The notes under the pieces were generated by a model, which saw only the letters and a program-made list of their open reading frames with translations, was not told the origin of the DNA and did not search any database. This document shows positions 27,018-40,589 of a DNA stretch of 64,000 nt, in pieces. This DNA is from Eledone cirrhosa (taxonomy: Eukaryota), in assembly GCA_964016885.1 (NCBI GenBank), contig OZ024741.1, forward strand, positions 227,292,001 through 227,356,000, read 5' to 3'. The number at the start of each line of letters is the position of its first letter. Within the stretch, counting starts at the first letter, position 1. The position numbers and the translations under genes were made by a program.

Positions 27018-27207
27018 CGAGAGAGAGAAATGACTTCTACAGAACTAAATGATTTCCTTCGAATGAAACAGTTCTAGTCCTGTAGAAGCTATTTCTATAT
27101 TAAATCTTGTATATTCTCTACTATCGATTGAGTACCTTACTTACTGTGAATACCTCCGATTGAACTCCGGACTCACACTCACTCCACTCACACACACGCA
27201 CACACAC

Positions 27208-27339
<132 letters not shown>

Positions 27340-27594
27340 ATGTATATATAAATAATATATGTATATAAAAACACACGTATCAGAAGGTGTCTGTAAAATA
27401 TTTGACAATTTTCAAGCTATGCCCATCGTCATTGAAATAAAGATATAACAGAATCATAAAAACAAGAGTTATTCCATACGAAAAAAAAATGTTAAATACA
27501 TTTATAATTCTGGGACTATATAGTTTTGATGAGTTGTACACTTCTCTCATTAGTTAGGTTAACAAGGGAAATGTGCTCAGCTAGTCAGCCTTAA

Positions 27595-27980
27595 ATAACG
27601 GTTTCTTATATAGGCACAAGGCCAGCAAATTTTTAATTTTTTTTTGGGGTGGGGGGTCAATTAAATCGACCCAGTGCGTGACTGGTACTTTAATTTATCG
27701 ACCCCGTAAGGGTGAAAGGCAAAATTAAGCTCGGCGGGATTTGAACCCAGAACATAAAGGTGCGTAACTCTATGCCACGAAGCATGCTGTCCGACGCTCT
27801 ACCGATACTGTCAATCCGCTGCCCTTTGTCAGCCTTAAATAATTGTTTCTACGTTAGGCAGAAGGCCAGCAATTACCCAGTGTATTAGTGGTATTTCATT
27901 TTATCGACCCCGTAAGGATGAAAGGCCAAGTTAACCTCGGCGGGATTTGAACTCAGAATGGCAAGGGCCGTAACTCTATA
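27595..27980 (-). mobile_element. Two tandem SINEs
   Basis: Reverse complement of the SINE consensus; GTCAGCCTTAAATAA duplicated at 27584 and 27828. Confidence 0.85.
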
Positions 27981-28029
27981 ATGAAAATTAACAAGCAATC
28001 ATTTACGCCCTTCGACTGACCGAAAAGTC

Positions 28030-28300
28030 TCAGTCTTTGTCTTAGCTTCTGCGTCTTTCAGCGCATCGGACAGTAAGTAGTCGCCGACGATCCCGATTAA
28101 CGGCGGCTTTATCGCGTCCGTGCCAAGAGATGTTGACTGCCATCAGGACTTTTTGGAACTTTCGTCGGCAGGTAATCCTGGGACGACTCCGCTTCCGTTT
28201 GCCGCCAGGTGGAGTCCAGTTCATCGCCGTTTTCGTGTGTCGCAGAACATGGCCAGCTAGGCGGCACCGGCGCTCCGTGACCTCTCTCTCTGCAGCGTCC
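28030..28300 (-). mobile_element. RTE-like LINE 3' fragment
   Basis: RLAGHVLR...AMNWTP.GGKRKRSRPR.T. Confidence 0.75.
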
Positions 28301-28971
28301 ACCACTGAAAAGAAAGGATGAATTAGTCGTTTAATAGCGTCAATTACAAAAGAACTTCGCATAGGAGATTGATTTAAGGTTTATGAAGTGTTCGATTGAT
28401 TTAAATAAATTTATGAATTAATAAATTTCCAATGAGTTTATGTACGAATCAAAAGGAAATTTAATCCCTTATGTAGAAAATGATCGTAGATGGGAAAAAG
28501 GAAAATGGAAAACTGGGCTCAACCTGGGAAGAGAGCTGACATATTGTTTTGAGTTATTTCGCTTTGATATACGTTTTTCGTAAACTATCGTTTTAGAGCA
28601 ATATACTTTTAACGGTACCTTCAAAATCGTCTAAGCACCTGAAGATTAGGTCACAGTTTTTATTCCTCTTACAATCCGGAGATATTGTCAATATTGGACC
28701 TTGAAACCTTAGGTAGCACTTTTGTTCAGTAAATAATATAATATAATATAATATATATTTGTGTGAGGGCATTTACTCGAATCTTATCAATTAGATATCC
28801 GCCATGATTCCTCCGGCCCCATCCCACAGCCTAAATACATTATATGAAAACTTATGTGGATAATTAATATTTACATCTATGGGAACAAACAAGATGCATA
28901 CGTAGCCGATCTTACGGTCTTTTACAAAGCGCTGAGAAGATAAAGTTATAATAAATAATGTGCTCGTGCGT

Positions 28972-29155
28972 ACTATAAAATAGCTCATAAAATAGGGTGA
29001 AGACCCTTAAAGACAGAAAAAAAATTGCCATCGGCCGCTATGAGGAATCGAAACCTCTGGGAGATATGGGACTCGAATCTTTACAGTGGCTGAAGGCAAC
29101 ATCTTTTTCCGTCTTTACGGGTCTTCGCCCTATTTTATAAGTTATTTTTATAGTA
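28972..29155. repeat. About 180-bp fold-back made of two head-to-head B-box/T-run tails
   Basis: ATAAAATAGGGTGAAGACCCTTAAAGAC ... GTCTTTACGGGTCTTCGCCCTATTTTAT. Confidence 0.75.
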
Positions 29156-29186
29156 TCTCCGCGCATGAGCACTCCATTCTTTATAA

Positions 29187-29400
29187 TAATTGTTTCTACT
29201 TTAGGCACAAGGCCAGCAATTTGAAGGGCCGGGGAAAGTCCATTAAATAGTGCCCCAGTGCATTACTGGTGCATTATTTTATTGACCCCGTAAGGATGAA
29301 AGGCAAAGCTAGCCTCGGCGGGAATTGAACTCAGAACGTAAAGGGACGTAACTCTATGCTGCGAATCATGGTGTCCGTCTCTACCGATACTGCCAATCCT
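29187..29400 (-). mobile_element. SINE copy
   Basis: Reverse complement of the SINE consensus. Confidence 0.85.
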
Positions 29401-29715
29401 AATAATATTTACGTTCTTGCAAGGGATGTACCACGTAATGGCTATGTGACGGTAATCTTTGAAAATCTTTGAAAAATGGTGATTAAAAAAATGTTTGGAG
29501 TTTGCATGAAAACATACCGCAGTCGGAAAATTTAAACCTGTCTATTGCCACTAGACATTTTTTTCTGTAGAGGTGGTCACGTCTGGGCGAATTGATATTA
29601 TTGGTACGTTAGAGAATTCTGTGAGTTCTGATATTATCAGCAACATCGGGCAAATTTAAATGGATCTTGTGTGCTTTTCGTGAGCAATTTCAGTTTCCCT
29701 GTATAATTAAATAGT

Positions 29716-29753
<38 letters not shown>

Positions 29754-29792
29754 CGTGAGCAATTTCAGTTTCCCTGTATAATTAAATAGTCT

Positions 29793-29823
<31 letters not shown>

Positions 29824-29969
29824 CGTAAAATAAGAAAATTATTTTACGTCTCTCATATTATTGTTCTGCAACCCCATGCATTGAACCACAAAGTTACTAA
29901 GACAAAACCTATATATTTGCTAGCATTGATATGCATCTGTATGTATATATATGTTACTAGATATTAATT

Positions 29970-30024
<55 letters not shown>

Positions 30025-30030
<6 letters not shown>

Positions 30031-30853
30031 TATGTACACGTAGATACATATATGTATACATACGTACAGTAGTATGTATATATATATATACATACATGCA
30101 CACATATATATATGTACGTATGGATTCACCGAACATTTATTATAATGCTCGGTGTGTTTGTAAACAAACATCCCGTATTAAGCCGTAGTGTCTAGCAACC
30201 ATCGTTGCTCGTTTGTTCAACACTGACAAAGGAACACTGTACTAGTTTCAAACTTATTAGCTATTGTCAGCAATGTATACCTTCCTGCCAGATTGTTGAA
30301 CGTATATACTTACGTTATGCATATTAACGGCTGAGTAGCTCAATTCGCATATCGAGTGGGTTAATCGGCCGAGTGCACCGAAAACGATAAACGGAAAAAA
30401 TGAAACGAAATTTCATTTCCCACTCTTAGTACGGCTGTTACTTAAATATAAGTATGTACACGTACATACATATATGTATACAGACGTACAGTAGTTAATA
30501 TGCATAAGGTAAGTATATACGTTCAACAATCTAGCAGGAATGTATACGTTGCTGACGATAGCTAATAAGCTTGAAACTAGTACAGCGTTCCTTTGTCAGT
30601 GTTGAACAAACGAGCAACGATGGTTGCTAGACACTGTACGGCTTAATATGGGATGTTTGTTTACAAACACACCGAGCATTATAATAAATGTTCGGTGAAT
30701 CCATACGTACACATATATATGTGTGCATGAATGTATATATATATACATACTACTGTACGTCTGTATACATATATGTATGTACGTGTACATACTTATATTT
30801 AAGTAACAGCCGTACTAAGAGTGGGAAATGAAATTTCGTTTAATTTTTTCCGT
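30025..30853. repeat. Complex inverted duplication (30025-30325 vs 30500-30800; 30388-30500 vs 30745-30853) carrying two hammerheads
   Basis: Arms are near-perfect reverse complements. Confidence 0.85.
30546..30588 (+). ncRNA. Minimal hammerhead ribozyme motif (inverted, mutated copy at 30234-30276)
   Basis: ACGTTG CTGACGA T AGCT AATA AGCT T GAAA CTAGTA CAGCGT; palindromic ACTAGT stem III, GUA site. Confidence 0.8.
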
Positions 30854-30907
30854 TTATATATATATATGTATATATATATATACATATATACATATATATA
30901 TATATAT

Positions 30908-31748
30908 ATTGATTTATTGATATTTTATTTGAGTGACCCGAATCTTCCTGGTCGTTCTTTTTCGGCTGTATGGGTGATTTTAGGCATGACCTCTATGTGT
31001 TGGTAATTTAACGATGGTTATAGCTCTGATTTATCCAAATTATTGAGCCCTCTGCCACACATATCGGATTTGTTTATCGTTAATTCGTAGGCTGTTTTTC
31101 CGATTCTCGATTATTCTACTATATTTAGCTCTAGATGTTAGCTATTGACCAGTTAATTTTATTGATTTTTTTTGTCGATCTTATTGACTGATGAATAGCT
31201 CCTGTTTATTTTAACACGTCTGTTGAGCACTCTGATTCGATATGTGATATTTTGTATTCGTACATGATTTGCACATTACCGAAAATTTTTCGCTAATGTA
31301 GAGGTTATCTCCCTTGCTGGGCACCATGTGCTTTTCTGGCTAAGGGTCTTCTCTTCATTATCGGATGAAATTCCCGTTGAGAAAGCTCTTCCGCGTCCCC
31401 CCTTCTCTAGAAGTCTCATATATATTTTTTATGTGGGCTGATATTGATTGGATTAAGGAATTGCAGAAACCCAAGAAGCTATATTTAACATCCTTCTAGC
31501 GGGTCCGGGTAAGTTTTTTACATTCATTTAATTTATTGATTTATTGATATTTTATTTGAGTGACCCGAATCTTCCTGGTCGTTCTTTTTCGGCTGTATGG
31601 GTGATTTTAGGCATAACCTCTATGTGTTGGTAATTTAACGATGGTTATAGCTCTGATTTATCCAAATTATTGAGCCCTCTGCCACACATATCGGATTTGT
31701 TTATCGTTAATTCGTAGGGTGTTTTTCCGATTCTCGATTATTCTACTA
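30908..31748. repeat. About 195-bp direct repeats (30908-31102, 31537-31748) flanking unique sequence; related to 6480-6610
   Basis: Near-identical arms; possibly a very old RTE-derived sequence. Confidence 0.75.
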
Positions 31749-31749
31749 T

Positions 31750-31843
<94 letters not shown>

Positions 31844-32722
31844 TGGGAGATAAGATTAAATGAAGGAGGGCATATGCTTGATTCTGATAACCTCCTCGGT
31901 AGGCCGAGCATAGATATGAACAACATATGAGAGTTTTTAACTGAAGGAAAAAGAAAATTCACCATAAAACTAATGTTAAGTTTAAAGCTCCAAAATTTCA
32001 TAACTTAGTTATCCCACGAGTCAATCGCATAGTCAATATAATCGTTAACTAAAGTGAGAGTATGAGAGATCAATCCATCGGTTAATGTATCTATATCAAT
32101 TTTTGTTTAACCGAACAAGCTAGCAACACCAGAACTAATTAAATACTTATAAAATATCATGAACAATCTACTCACGTGTGTTGAATAAAGAGATCAATCC
32201 AAAATTCCAAAAGCATTGCCGAATACGAGAGACACATGAAAAAGACAAAGGGCTACAATAGCCGAAACATTGAGATTATAAGGATATTAATCCAAACAAA
32301 CCAGTTTATTATATATACTAGCAGAAAAACCACCCTTCGAGCGGTTTTCTGCTAGCATGTGTAGTGTGTATATTGATAGTATACGCAAGTATATATGCAT
32401 GTAGATATGATACATCAAATAAAATCGTAATTGACAATAAACACAGAAATTGAACGAAGACTGCGTTACACTCTCTTATGTAATCAGTAACGTAATCCAC
32501 GATACATTAAAAAAAGACGATATTATATATAAACTATATTAGGAAAAAATTAGTGATGGAAATATATGAATGTTTATTTAAACGTTCGCTAACCGGAAGT
32601 GTTGACATTTGAAAATTTTAAAGAAGTGAATCTTTAAATAAATAATAAAATATATTTAATGAACAGCCACGAAATTTAGTAGATAAATTATGTAATATTC
32701 ATTCATTATTTATTCAAAGTAA

Positions 32723-33072
32723 TGCTTTGACGTATAGAGTTACGGCCCTTGCCATTATGAGTTCAAATCCCGCCGAGGTTAACTTTGCCTTTCATCCTTA
32801 TGGGGTCGATAAAATAAAGTACCAGTAATCTACTGGGTAATTGCTGGCCTTGTGCCAAAAGTAGAAACAATTATTTATTCAAAGTAATGGTGGTGGATTG
32901 GCAGTATCGGTAGAGGGTCGGACACCATGCTTTGCAGCAAATAGTTACGGCCCTTTATGGTCTGAGTTCAAATCCCGCCGAGGTTAACTTTGCCTTTCAT
33001 CCTTATGGGGGTCGATAAAATAAAGTACCAGTAATACACTGGGATAATTGCTGGCCTTGTGCCAAAAGTAGA
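32723..33072 (+). mobile_element. Two tandem SINEs inserted in a dispersed repeat (32440-33170; paralogue 44205-44685)
   Basis: ATTATTTATTCAAAGTAAT occurs three times as flanks. Confidence 0.85.
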
Positions 33073-33229
33073 AACAATTATTTATTCAAAGTAATCCAGC
33101 TTATTTTACTAAGGGGATAAAAAATTATAAGCCGTACATAGTCCCGCGCTTCTTACTTTATTATAGTTTACATTTCTCAACTTAGAAATTCAAACAAAAT
33201 TTCTTGCATAATATCAAGGACTCCTTTGC

Positions 33230-33505
33230 TCATGACTGACCATGTGTTTGTACCTGGAAAGTTTCTTTCCAAGGTGCAAGCCTAGGCCAGGTAAATTGTG
33301 GGAAACCATCAGATGCCCATGCATGACAGTATGTCCTGTACACAATATGGATGCTGTTCAAAGGAAAAGCAAACACCTATATAACTTTGTACCAGTATCG
33401 TCACGACTCCTTTTTGCCAGCTGAGTGGACTGGAGCGACTTGCAATAAACTGTCTTGCTCAAAGGCACAATGTTCCACCTGGTCCGGGAATCGAATTCAT
33501 GAACC
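33230..33505 (-). mobile_element. Second SINE type with CORE-like domain
   Basis: Minus strand TTCGATTCCCGG ... TTGTGCCTTTGAGCAAGACA ... CTCCAGTCCACTCAGCTGGC. Confidence 0.6.
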
Positions 33506-34084
33506 GTTCTATTGTGTATAGTATGCAATTCTATAACATATAGTACAGTATATCATATTATTCTGAAATATTTTCTTCATTATGCTAGCTATGCTAATAT
33601 ATGTCACAACGGTACTATAGCTTTGATTTAATATATGAAATATCATTTTTATATTATTTGGTCTATGTGTGCATGCGTATATGGGTGATTGTGTGAATAT
33701 GTAGATATGTATGTATGTGGGTAAATATGTGTGTGTACGTACTTATTTGTGAGAGTGTATATGTGTGTGTATCTATGTGAATGCATGTATGTATATATTT
33801 ATGAGTGTATATACGCGTATGTGTGCGTGGGGGGGGGGGGGGGGTTGTTGTTTCTCCGACGTTAACACTTTCATTAAACTGACCGTATTAACATACACCA
33901 AACCAGCAAACCCCACGCCTCCCCCAATGACCCCTCCCCATTTAACCCAGTCTCGAACGCTGGTCACTATGGTAACAGACTATAACTTAGACAACATTTT
34001 GTCTTAATACACTTGTCTTCCATACGTCACTCACTCAGTTTACTATCTTCTTCTCTTCTTCTTCCCCTAGTCTTCTCTCTCTCT

Positions 34085-34634
34085 CTGTCCTTCTTTGTGC
34101 CTATATTTCAATTCTCTCTCTCTGTCTCTCTCACTCTCTATCTATCTATCTCTCTCGTTCTTTCCTTGTACCTATATTTCAATTCTCCCTTTCCTTTTCT
34201 CTCTCGCTCTCCCTCTTTCTCTCTCTCTCGCTCTTTCTTTGTGCATATTTTTCAATTCTCTCTCACTCTCCCTCTCTTGCTCTCTCTCTATATATATCTC
34301 TCTCTGTCTATCTCTCTCTCTCTCTCTCCCTCTCTTGCTCTCTTTCTTTCTCTCTCTCACTTGCTCTTTCTTTGTGCCTATTTTTCAATTCACTCTCACT
34401 CTCTCTCTATCTCCCTTTCTCTCTCTATCTCTCTCTCTTTCTCTCTCTCCCTCTCTTTCTCTCTCCCTCTTTCTCTCTCTCACTTGCTCTTTCTTTGTGC
34501 CTATTTTTCAATTCACTCTCACTCTCTCTCTATCTCTCTTTCTCTCTCTATCTCTCTCGCTTTCTCTCTCTCCCTTTCTTTCTCTCTCCCTCTTTCTCTC
34601 TCTCTCTTGCTCTTTCTTTGTGCCTATTTTTCAA

Positions 34635-34700
<66 letters not shown>
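34085..34700. repeat. CT-rich minisatellite, about 120-bp unit marked by CTTTGTGCCTATTTTTCAATTC
   Basis: Marker at about 34093, 34237, 34370, 34493 and 34616. Confidence 0.85.
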
Positions 34701-34719
<19 letters not shown>

Positions 34720-35102
34720 ATTCTTCTTCCTCTATCTATTCCTTTCCCACTCTTCCCATCTCTCCTTCACTACTATTATCTCCATTTCTGGTCCTTCACT
34801 TTCTTGTATCTTCTCTATTCTCAATCTCTTTCTCTATCCCCTCTCTCCCTCTACTATCGTTCAAGCTCTCCCTCTCTATCTAACTATCTATCCATCTATC
34901 TCTCGCTCATCCACTCTCTCTTTGTATTTATCTGTTTTTCACTTTGCCTCATAATTACCATCAACAACATCGTTTGCACCAAGACCACTAATGGCGGGAT
35001 GGTCACGGTTGGAGTGTATTTGATTATAGTTCAGCTCCAACCGGGATTGATTATAGTTCTGCTTCATCCGAATTGACCTGCGGTTATACAAATATAACAC
35101 AA

Positions 35103-35103
<1 letters not shown>

Positions 35104-35133
<30 letters not shown>

Positions 35134-35240
35134 CTTCTTCTTCTTCTTCTTCTTCTTCTTCTTCTTCTTCTTCTTCTTCTTCTTCTTCTTCTTCTTCTTC
35201 TTCTTCTTCTTCTTCTTCTTCTTCTTCTTCTTCTCCTCAC

Positions 35241-35303
<63 letters not shown>

Positions 35304-35439
35304 CACCACCACCACCACCACCACCACCACCACCACCACCACCACCACGACCACCACCACCACCACCACCACCACCACCACCACCACCACCACCACCACC
35401 ACCACCACCACCACCACCACCACCACCACCACCACCACC

Positions 35440-35486
<47 letters not shown>

Positions 35487-35508
35487 CACCACCACCACCA
35501 CCACCACC

Positions 35509-35592
<84 letters not shown>

Positions 35593-35595
35593 GCC
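35104..35595. repeat. Compound (CTT)n(CAC)n(TAC)n microsatellite
   Basis: Direct reading. Confidence 0.97.
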
Positions 35596-35754
35596 ACTAA
35601 CACCACTACCGCACCATTCCTACCATACCATCGTAACGTTATCTTCACTATCTGCCACATAAACGAGTTCACTGTTGTCTGGTTGACTCTCTATTTCTAA
35701 ATTCCATCTTGATGTCATGTCTGTTAGCTGACCTCCATCTATACAGAGTAAGCA

Positions 35755-36350
35755 TTGAACATTGGCGAAATATAGCGGAATGTGACGGAACATGGCGGAA
35801 TGTAACGGAATTTGGTGAGATGTGCGGTATGTGACGGATTATAGTGGAATATGGCGAAATGTTGTGTAGTATGGCGGAATATGGCGGAATGTGGTGGAAT
35901 ATGGCGGAATGTGGCGAGATGTGGCGAGAGGTGGCGAGATGTGGCGAAATGCACTGCAATGTAACATGACATGGTAGGATGTGGTGGAATATGGCGGAAT
36001 ATGGCAGAATATGGCGGAATATGGTAGAATGAGGTGAAACGTGGTGGGATGCAGCGGTATGTGGCGGATTATAGTAGAATGTGGCGAAATGTTGTGTAAT
36101 ATGGCAGAATATGAAGGAATATGAAGGAATGTGGCGAGACGTACGAAATGCATTGCAATGTAACAGGACGTTACAGGATGTGGTGGAATATGGTGAATGT
36201 GGTGGAATGTGGTGAATGTGGTGGAATGTGGTGAATGTGGCGGAATATGGTGGAACATGGCAGAGCAAGATGAAATATAGAAGAAATGTAGTGGGATTTT
36301 ACAGTTTATGGTGGACTGTAGTGTGATGAGGTGAAATGTGGCAGGATGTA
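35755..36350. repeat. Degenerate 10-bp GGCGGAATAT/GTGGTGGAAT satellite (resumes 36905-37020)
   Basis: Direct reading; a higher-order duplication (GGATTATAGT.GAAT.TGGCGAAATGTTGTGTA) is visible at 35835 and 36065. Confidence 0.85.
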
Positions 36351-36670
36351 CGGGATATCAGACCTGTCAACTAGATGTGAAGGATAAAATTCTTTGCCAC
36401 AACGCAGTGGCGTCATCTTCTGGAGTTGATCCATCTCTCAACGGCCACGTTTCTCACAACATATGTGCACAGAAACACATAATTCTCCATGGCTAATATC
36501 AAGGTGCGCATTAAGCTCAGTGGGATCGAAGAACCCTGAGCTCTTGTTATGGCATTCTTCTAATAGAGCGAAACTCTGAAGTGAAACCTGTGGTTTATGC
36601 GATTACTGGTCATCTTACTTAGGCAAGTCATCAGATGATAGCACCGACACCGAGTCTTTGAGAGTGGCAC

Positions 36671-36852
36671 CAGATCTGTCAATTCTCTCCGTCGGACGGG
36701 GAGATCTCCCATCCTCTTTGGGGTGGGAGAGAAAAAATGGGTATAGCTTTCATTTTGTAAAATCTGTCCATTTTGCCTCATTTGTCCCCGTTTTGGGGCA
36801 CGTCTTTTAAGGGCACTCCCCGTTTAGGTTTTTTTAGTGGTTGGCAGATCTG
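36671..36852. mobile_element. Small MITE-like element
   Basis: Terminal inverted repeats CAGATCTGTCAA / TTGGCAGATCTG; no clear TSD. Confidence 0.45.
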
Positions 36853-37529
36853 GGATAAAGGTGGCAAAGGTCACAATGATCTGGTGGTAAAGGTCACAAT
36901 GTTTCGAAACAGCAGAATATGGAGGAATGTTACGGAATGACATAGAATGACACAATATGTTATGGAATGCCGAGGGATGTCATGGAATGTAACATCGCGG
37001 AATGTGGTGGTACATGGGGGAGCTTAGTAATGGTAGAACTCACGGAAACGAAACAATGAAATGTGACAGCAGCTTAGTGGAAACAGCAGCTTATACTATG
37101 AACGTGTCTACTGCATCGTAAAAAATCTACGAGGGTCAGCTGAACAGTTCATAGACTGACCAAGATACTCTCATGGAATAACCAAAAAGAAGCAATACAG
37201 TTACTAATAAGAAGACATGAAATTAATGCATGCAAGATTTCACAGCTCTAGCATCACTCCTTAATAGTTAGCAGCCTATTTATCGACCTGAAGTGGAACA
37301 TGAGCAAAAAAGAAATCGGTGGCATTTAAACACACATCGCAAAAGCCCGAATAAATACCGCAAGACGTTTTGTTCGCCGCCATAACGCGTCGGCCAGTTT
37401 TCTTGAATAAACGATTTTGTACCCCCCCCCCCCCCCACACACACTATACCCTTTTCCTGCTATTTCAAGCGTTAACCTAATATATTCCTTCCATATACTG
37501 TACCGATTGTGTTGTTATTTCTGTTTACC

Positions 37530-37567
<38 letters not shown>

Positions 37568-38684
37568 GAAAAGAGTCAGGAACCCGCCGGCTGAGCTTCG
37601 GCCGTTTCGACAGCTAGATCAGAACTGTGCGTTATGGTCTACCTTGTACCTTATCAGACCCTCTTTGTTATATATATATATATATATATATATTGTGGAT
37701 CTTTACGATGTGAGTTCAAATTCTAGCGATTGTTTGTCATCCATTCAAGGTCGATAAATAAAGTAGAAGTCCTAAGTGATAGGCTGTTGGGATAATTAGT
37801 GTACCGAACGAAATTTGTTGCGGTATTTGTTACGATCCTTTGTATTGCGAGTTGAAAGAACAACGTGACCTACCCGCCAGAATAAAAGAGATTAGTCCAA
37901 CCATATACACACCCATAGTTAACCGTGGATAGCATTAGAGTGATCCATATTATTAAACCAACTAGAGTAGATGATACATGACAATAGCGATGTTGACATT
38001 CATACCGATGATGATTATAATGATAATGGCAGCGGTGGTGGTGGCGGTGGCGACACTGGTTATGTTGATGATAGTGGTGCTGGTGGCGGCGGCGGATGGT
38101 AGTGGCGGTGGTGGTGGAAACAATCTCTAAATAAATACACTCGATTGCTTACTTGCAAAGGCTCCACACAGTAAAGCATCCTGTACGCAAACACAAACAC
38201 ACCTGATTGCGTATATGCAAACATTTATACAAACACACTCACATATACATAGGCACACAGGTGCGCACGAACTTATCCATACACACACATACACGCTCAC
38301 AAGCACATCACCATATTACATTGACACACACACGCAGGTGCAAAGACGTATTTAAAATTGCTAGGAGCAAAACGAACGAATGTACATGTCGGACTGAGGG
38401 ACGCCAGAGATAGATCAGTGTTTCGGTGTAAATCAGTTCTCTATTAAACTATTGACTGAAGGCAAACTAAGAGAGCTGCTGATGCATTACAAAACCTTAA
38501 AGAAAGGAGCTTTTATTGGGTCGTTCCACTAGCTGGAAATAGTAACCAAAAACCGCATAACATTACACGCCATTGTCTACGAACCAATGCGGTAATATCT
38601 GTATAACTGTGCACAAATATCGCCTCAAATTACACCCTACATCCTAGAGACCAATGTAGGATCTTTTACGTCTTTGTTTGACCG

Positions 38685-39245
38685 CTGGAATCATAAAAAC
38701 AAACCTCCCAAAGAACTGAGTTCTGGAATTAGGAATGGAAACAAAGTTTAAAGAAGTGTTATAATGTTGAAAATATAAAAATAAACATTTTTAATAGGTG
38801 AAATATGATATTGGAAACAACAAAAAAAACAAACCCCAAAGAAATGTTATGACGTAGAAAGCGCATACCCAAACCACCAAACAGGTGAGTTATAACGCTG
38901 GAAACGTAAAAACACGTTCAAAGAGATGAGATATGAAATTGAATACATAAAATAAACCCCCAGAGAGATTAGCAGTGACATTGGAAACGTAAAATCAACA
39001 CCCTCAAAGAGGTTAGTTATTACGTTTAAAAATGTACAAACAAACCTAGCACAAAGACAAAAGATATGACATTAGAATTGTAAAAAACAACTTTATAGGG
39101 ACGAGTTATGATATTGAAAACGTAAAACCAAATTCCACCAAAGAGGTCTTATAACGTTTTCAAAGTCCTAACGAAACTAAAGTCCATTGGAAACTAAAAC
39201 AAATATTTTTCAGACAAGAGCTTTAACCTGTGAGCTGAAAACGAA
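38685..39245. repeat. Degenerate minisatellite, about 45-bp unit
   Basis: Recurrent AAAGAG.TGAGTTATGA(C/T)ATTGGAAACGTAAAA..AAACCC. Confidence 0.75.
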
Positions 39246-39344
39246 GCCTCTACGTTGTTATACGATCTACGATAAATAGCAGGAAAATTGCTCGCAAATC
39301 ATAGTTTAAAACAAGGAAAAGATACTATATACAATACAGTAGTA

Positions 39345-39642
39345 GGTAACTCCTTAGGGGTCGTTGTGGGGCCGTATTGACATACGGCGTTACTTGGGCA
39401 TTTTTAAACCTGGCGCACCCCATTTCCTCTCCAGGCCTGAGTGCAGAAGATATCTTCCAGGAATGGATAGAAAGTGAGAGAAAGGATATAGAGGCAGAAT
39501 CGACTCTAGTAATAGACTGGGGTTTATTTTTCGACTTCGAAAGGATGAAAGGCAAAGTTGATCTCGGTGGGATTTGAACTGAGAGAGCAGAGATACCACG
39601 AACCATTCTATCCGACTTTCTAACGACTCTGCCAATTGGTCG
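39345..39642 (-). mobile_element. SINE variant with an alternative 3' tail (second copy 43050-43345, plus)
   Basis: Same head and core, tail GTTTAAAAATGCCC.AG.AACGCC.TATGTCAATA.GG shared by both copies. Confidence 0.7.
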
Positions 39643-40106
39643 TAATACAATACAGAACACAACCCTAAAAAAGAAGAAATGAACACGATTAAGGGCAATT
39701 TGACTTGTACCATACTATTCTTGCTTTCCATAAACATTTCATATTAAAGTATTTAGTCCGATGTTATACCACATTTCACAAGTCTTTGTGCCATCATAAG
39801 TCTTAAATTATTAACACCTCAGTGGATTGGCAAATTTCCGGAGTTTACGGAATCTAACAATGTCCCATGTTCCTAAGAGAAATTCTTTGTGAAATATTTC
39901 ATTAGACGGTTCTTCGTACCATCTGAAAACTTAGTTTTCTTTCTTTTTACACAGATTGTTCAGTTTTCATCTCAGGAATGATTTCAGGTATATAATTTAG
40001 TACACGTGTGTAAACAGGGCCAGCCCCTTTCTTACAGTAATAATTGTAGCGGAAGACTTTCATATCCTAAATATTTTAGTTCGGGGTTAATGCAGATTAA
40101 TAGACG

Positions 40107-40229
<123 letters not shown>

Positions 40230-40242
40230 GTATATACATATG

Positions 40243-40277
<35 letters not shown>

Positions 40278-40589
40278 TCCCGTATATATATATATATATA
40301 ATAAAATCTTATAGTATAGTGAGAGAGAATATAGAGAGAGGAAGAGAAGAAACGTTATAGGAGGAGACGATACAGATAATTAATTGCCAGCAGCAAGTGC
40401 TTTAGATGCTTATACAGACGGGGTTAAACATTAGAAGCATTAATATTTAGTGTGCGAAGATAAGCAGAGCAATTATAATCGAAGAAATTGAAGACAGAGA
40501 AGCAGACCGTTAAAATATAATTTATATGGAGCTCTTACATATGTTACGCCCAGGCTGGGCTCGTCGGAGGCTCAAAGGGAAGTAAAGGG

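Noticed and set aside
31100-32300. Possible host exon or LINE ORF
   Set aside because: Only faint RTE-like words with many stops; too decayed to call
35669-36268. His-rich 199-aa ORF
   Set aside because: Translation of the 10-bp GGAAT-type satellite
37128-37240. Mariner-like TIR start (TACGAGGGTCAGCTGAA); also a Tigger-like start at about 44007
   Set aside because: No partner TIR or transposase remnant identified
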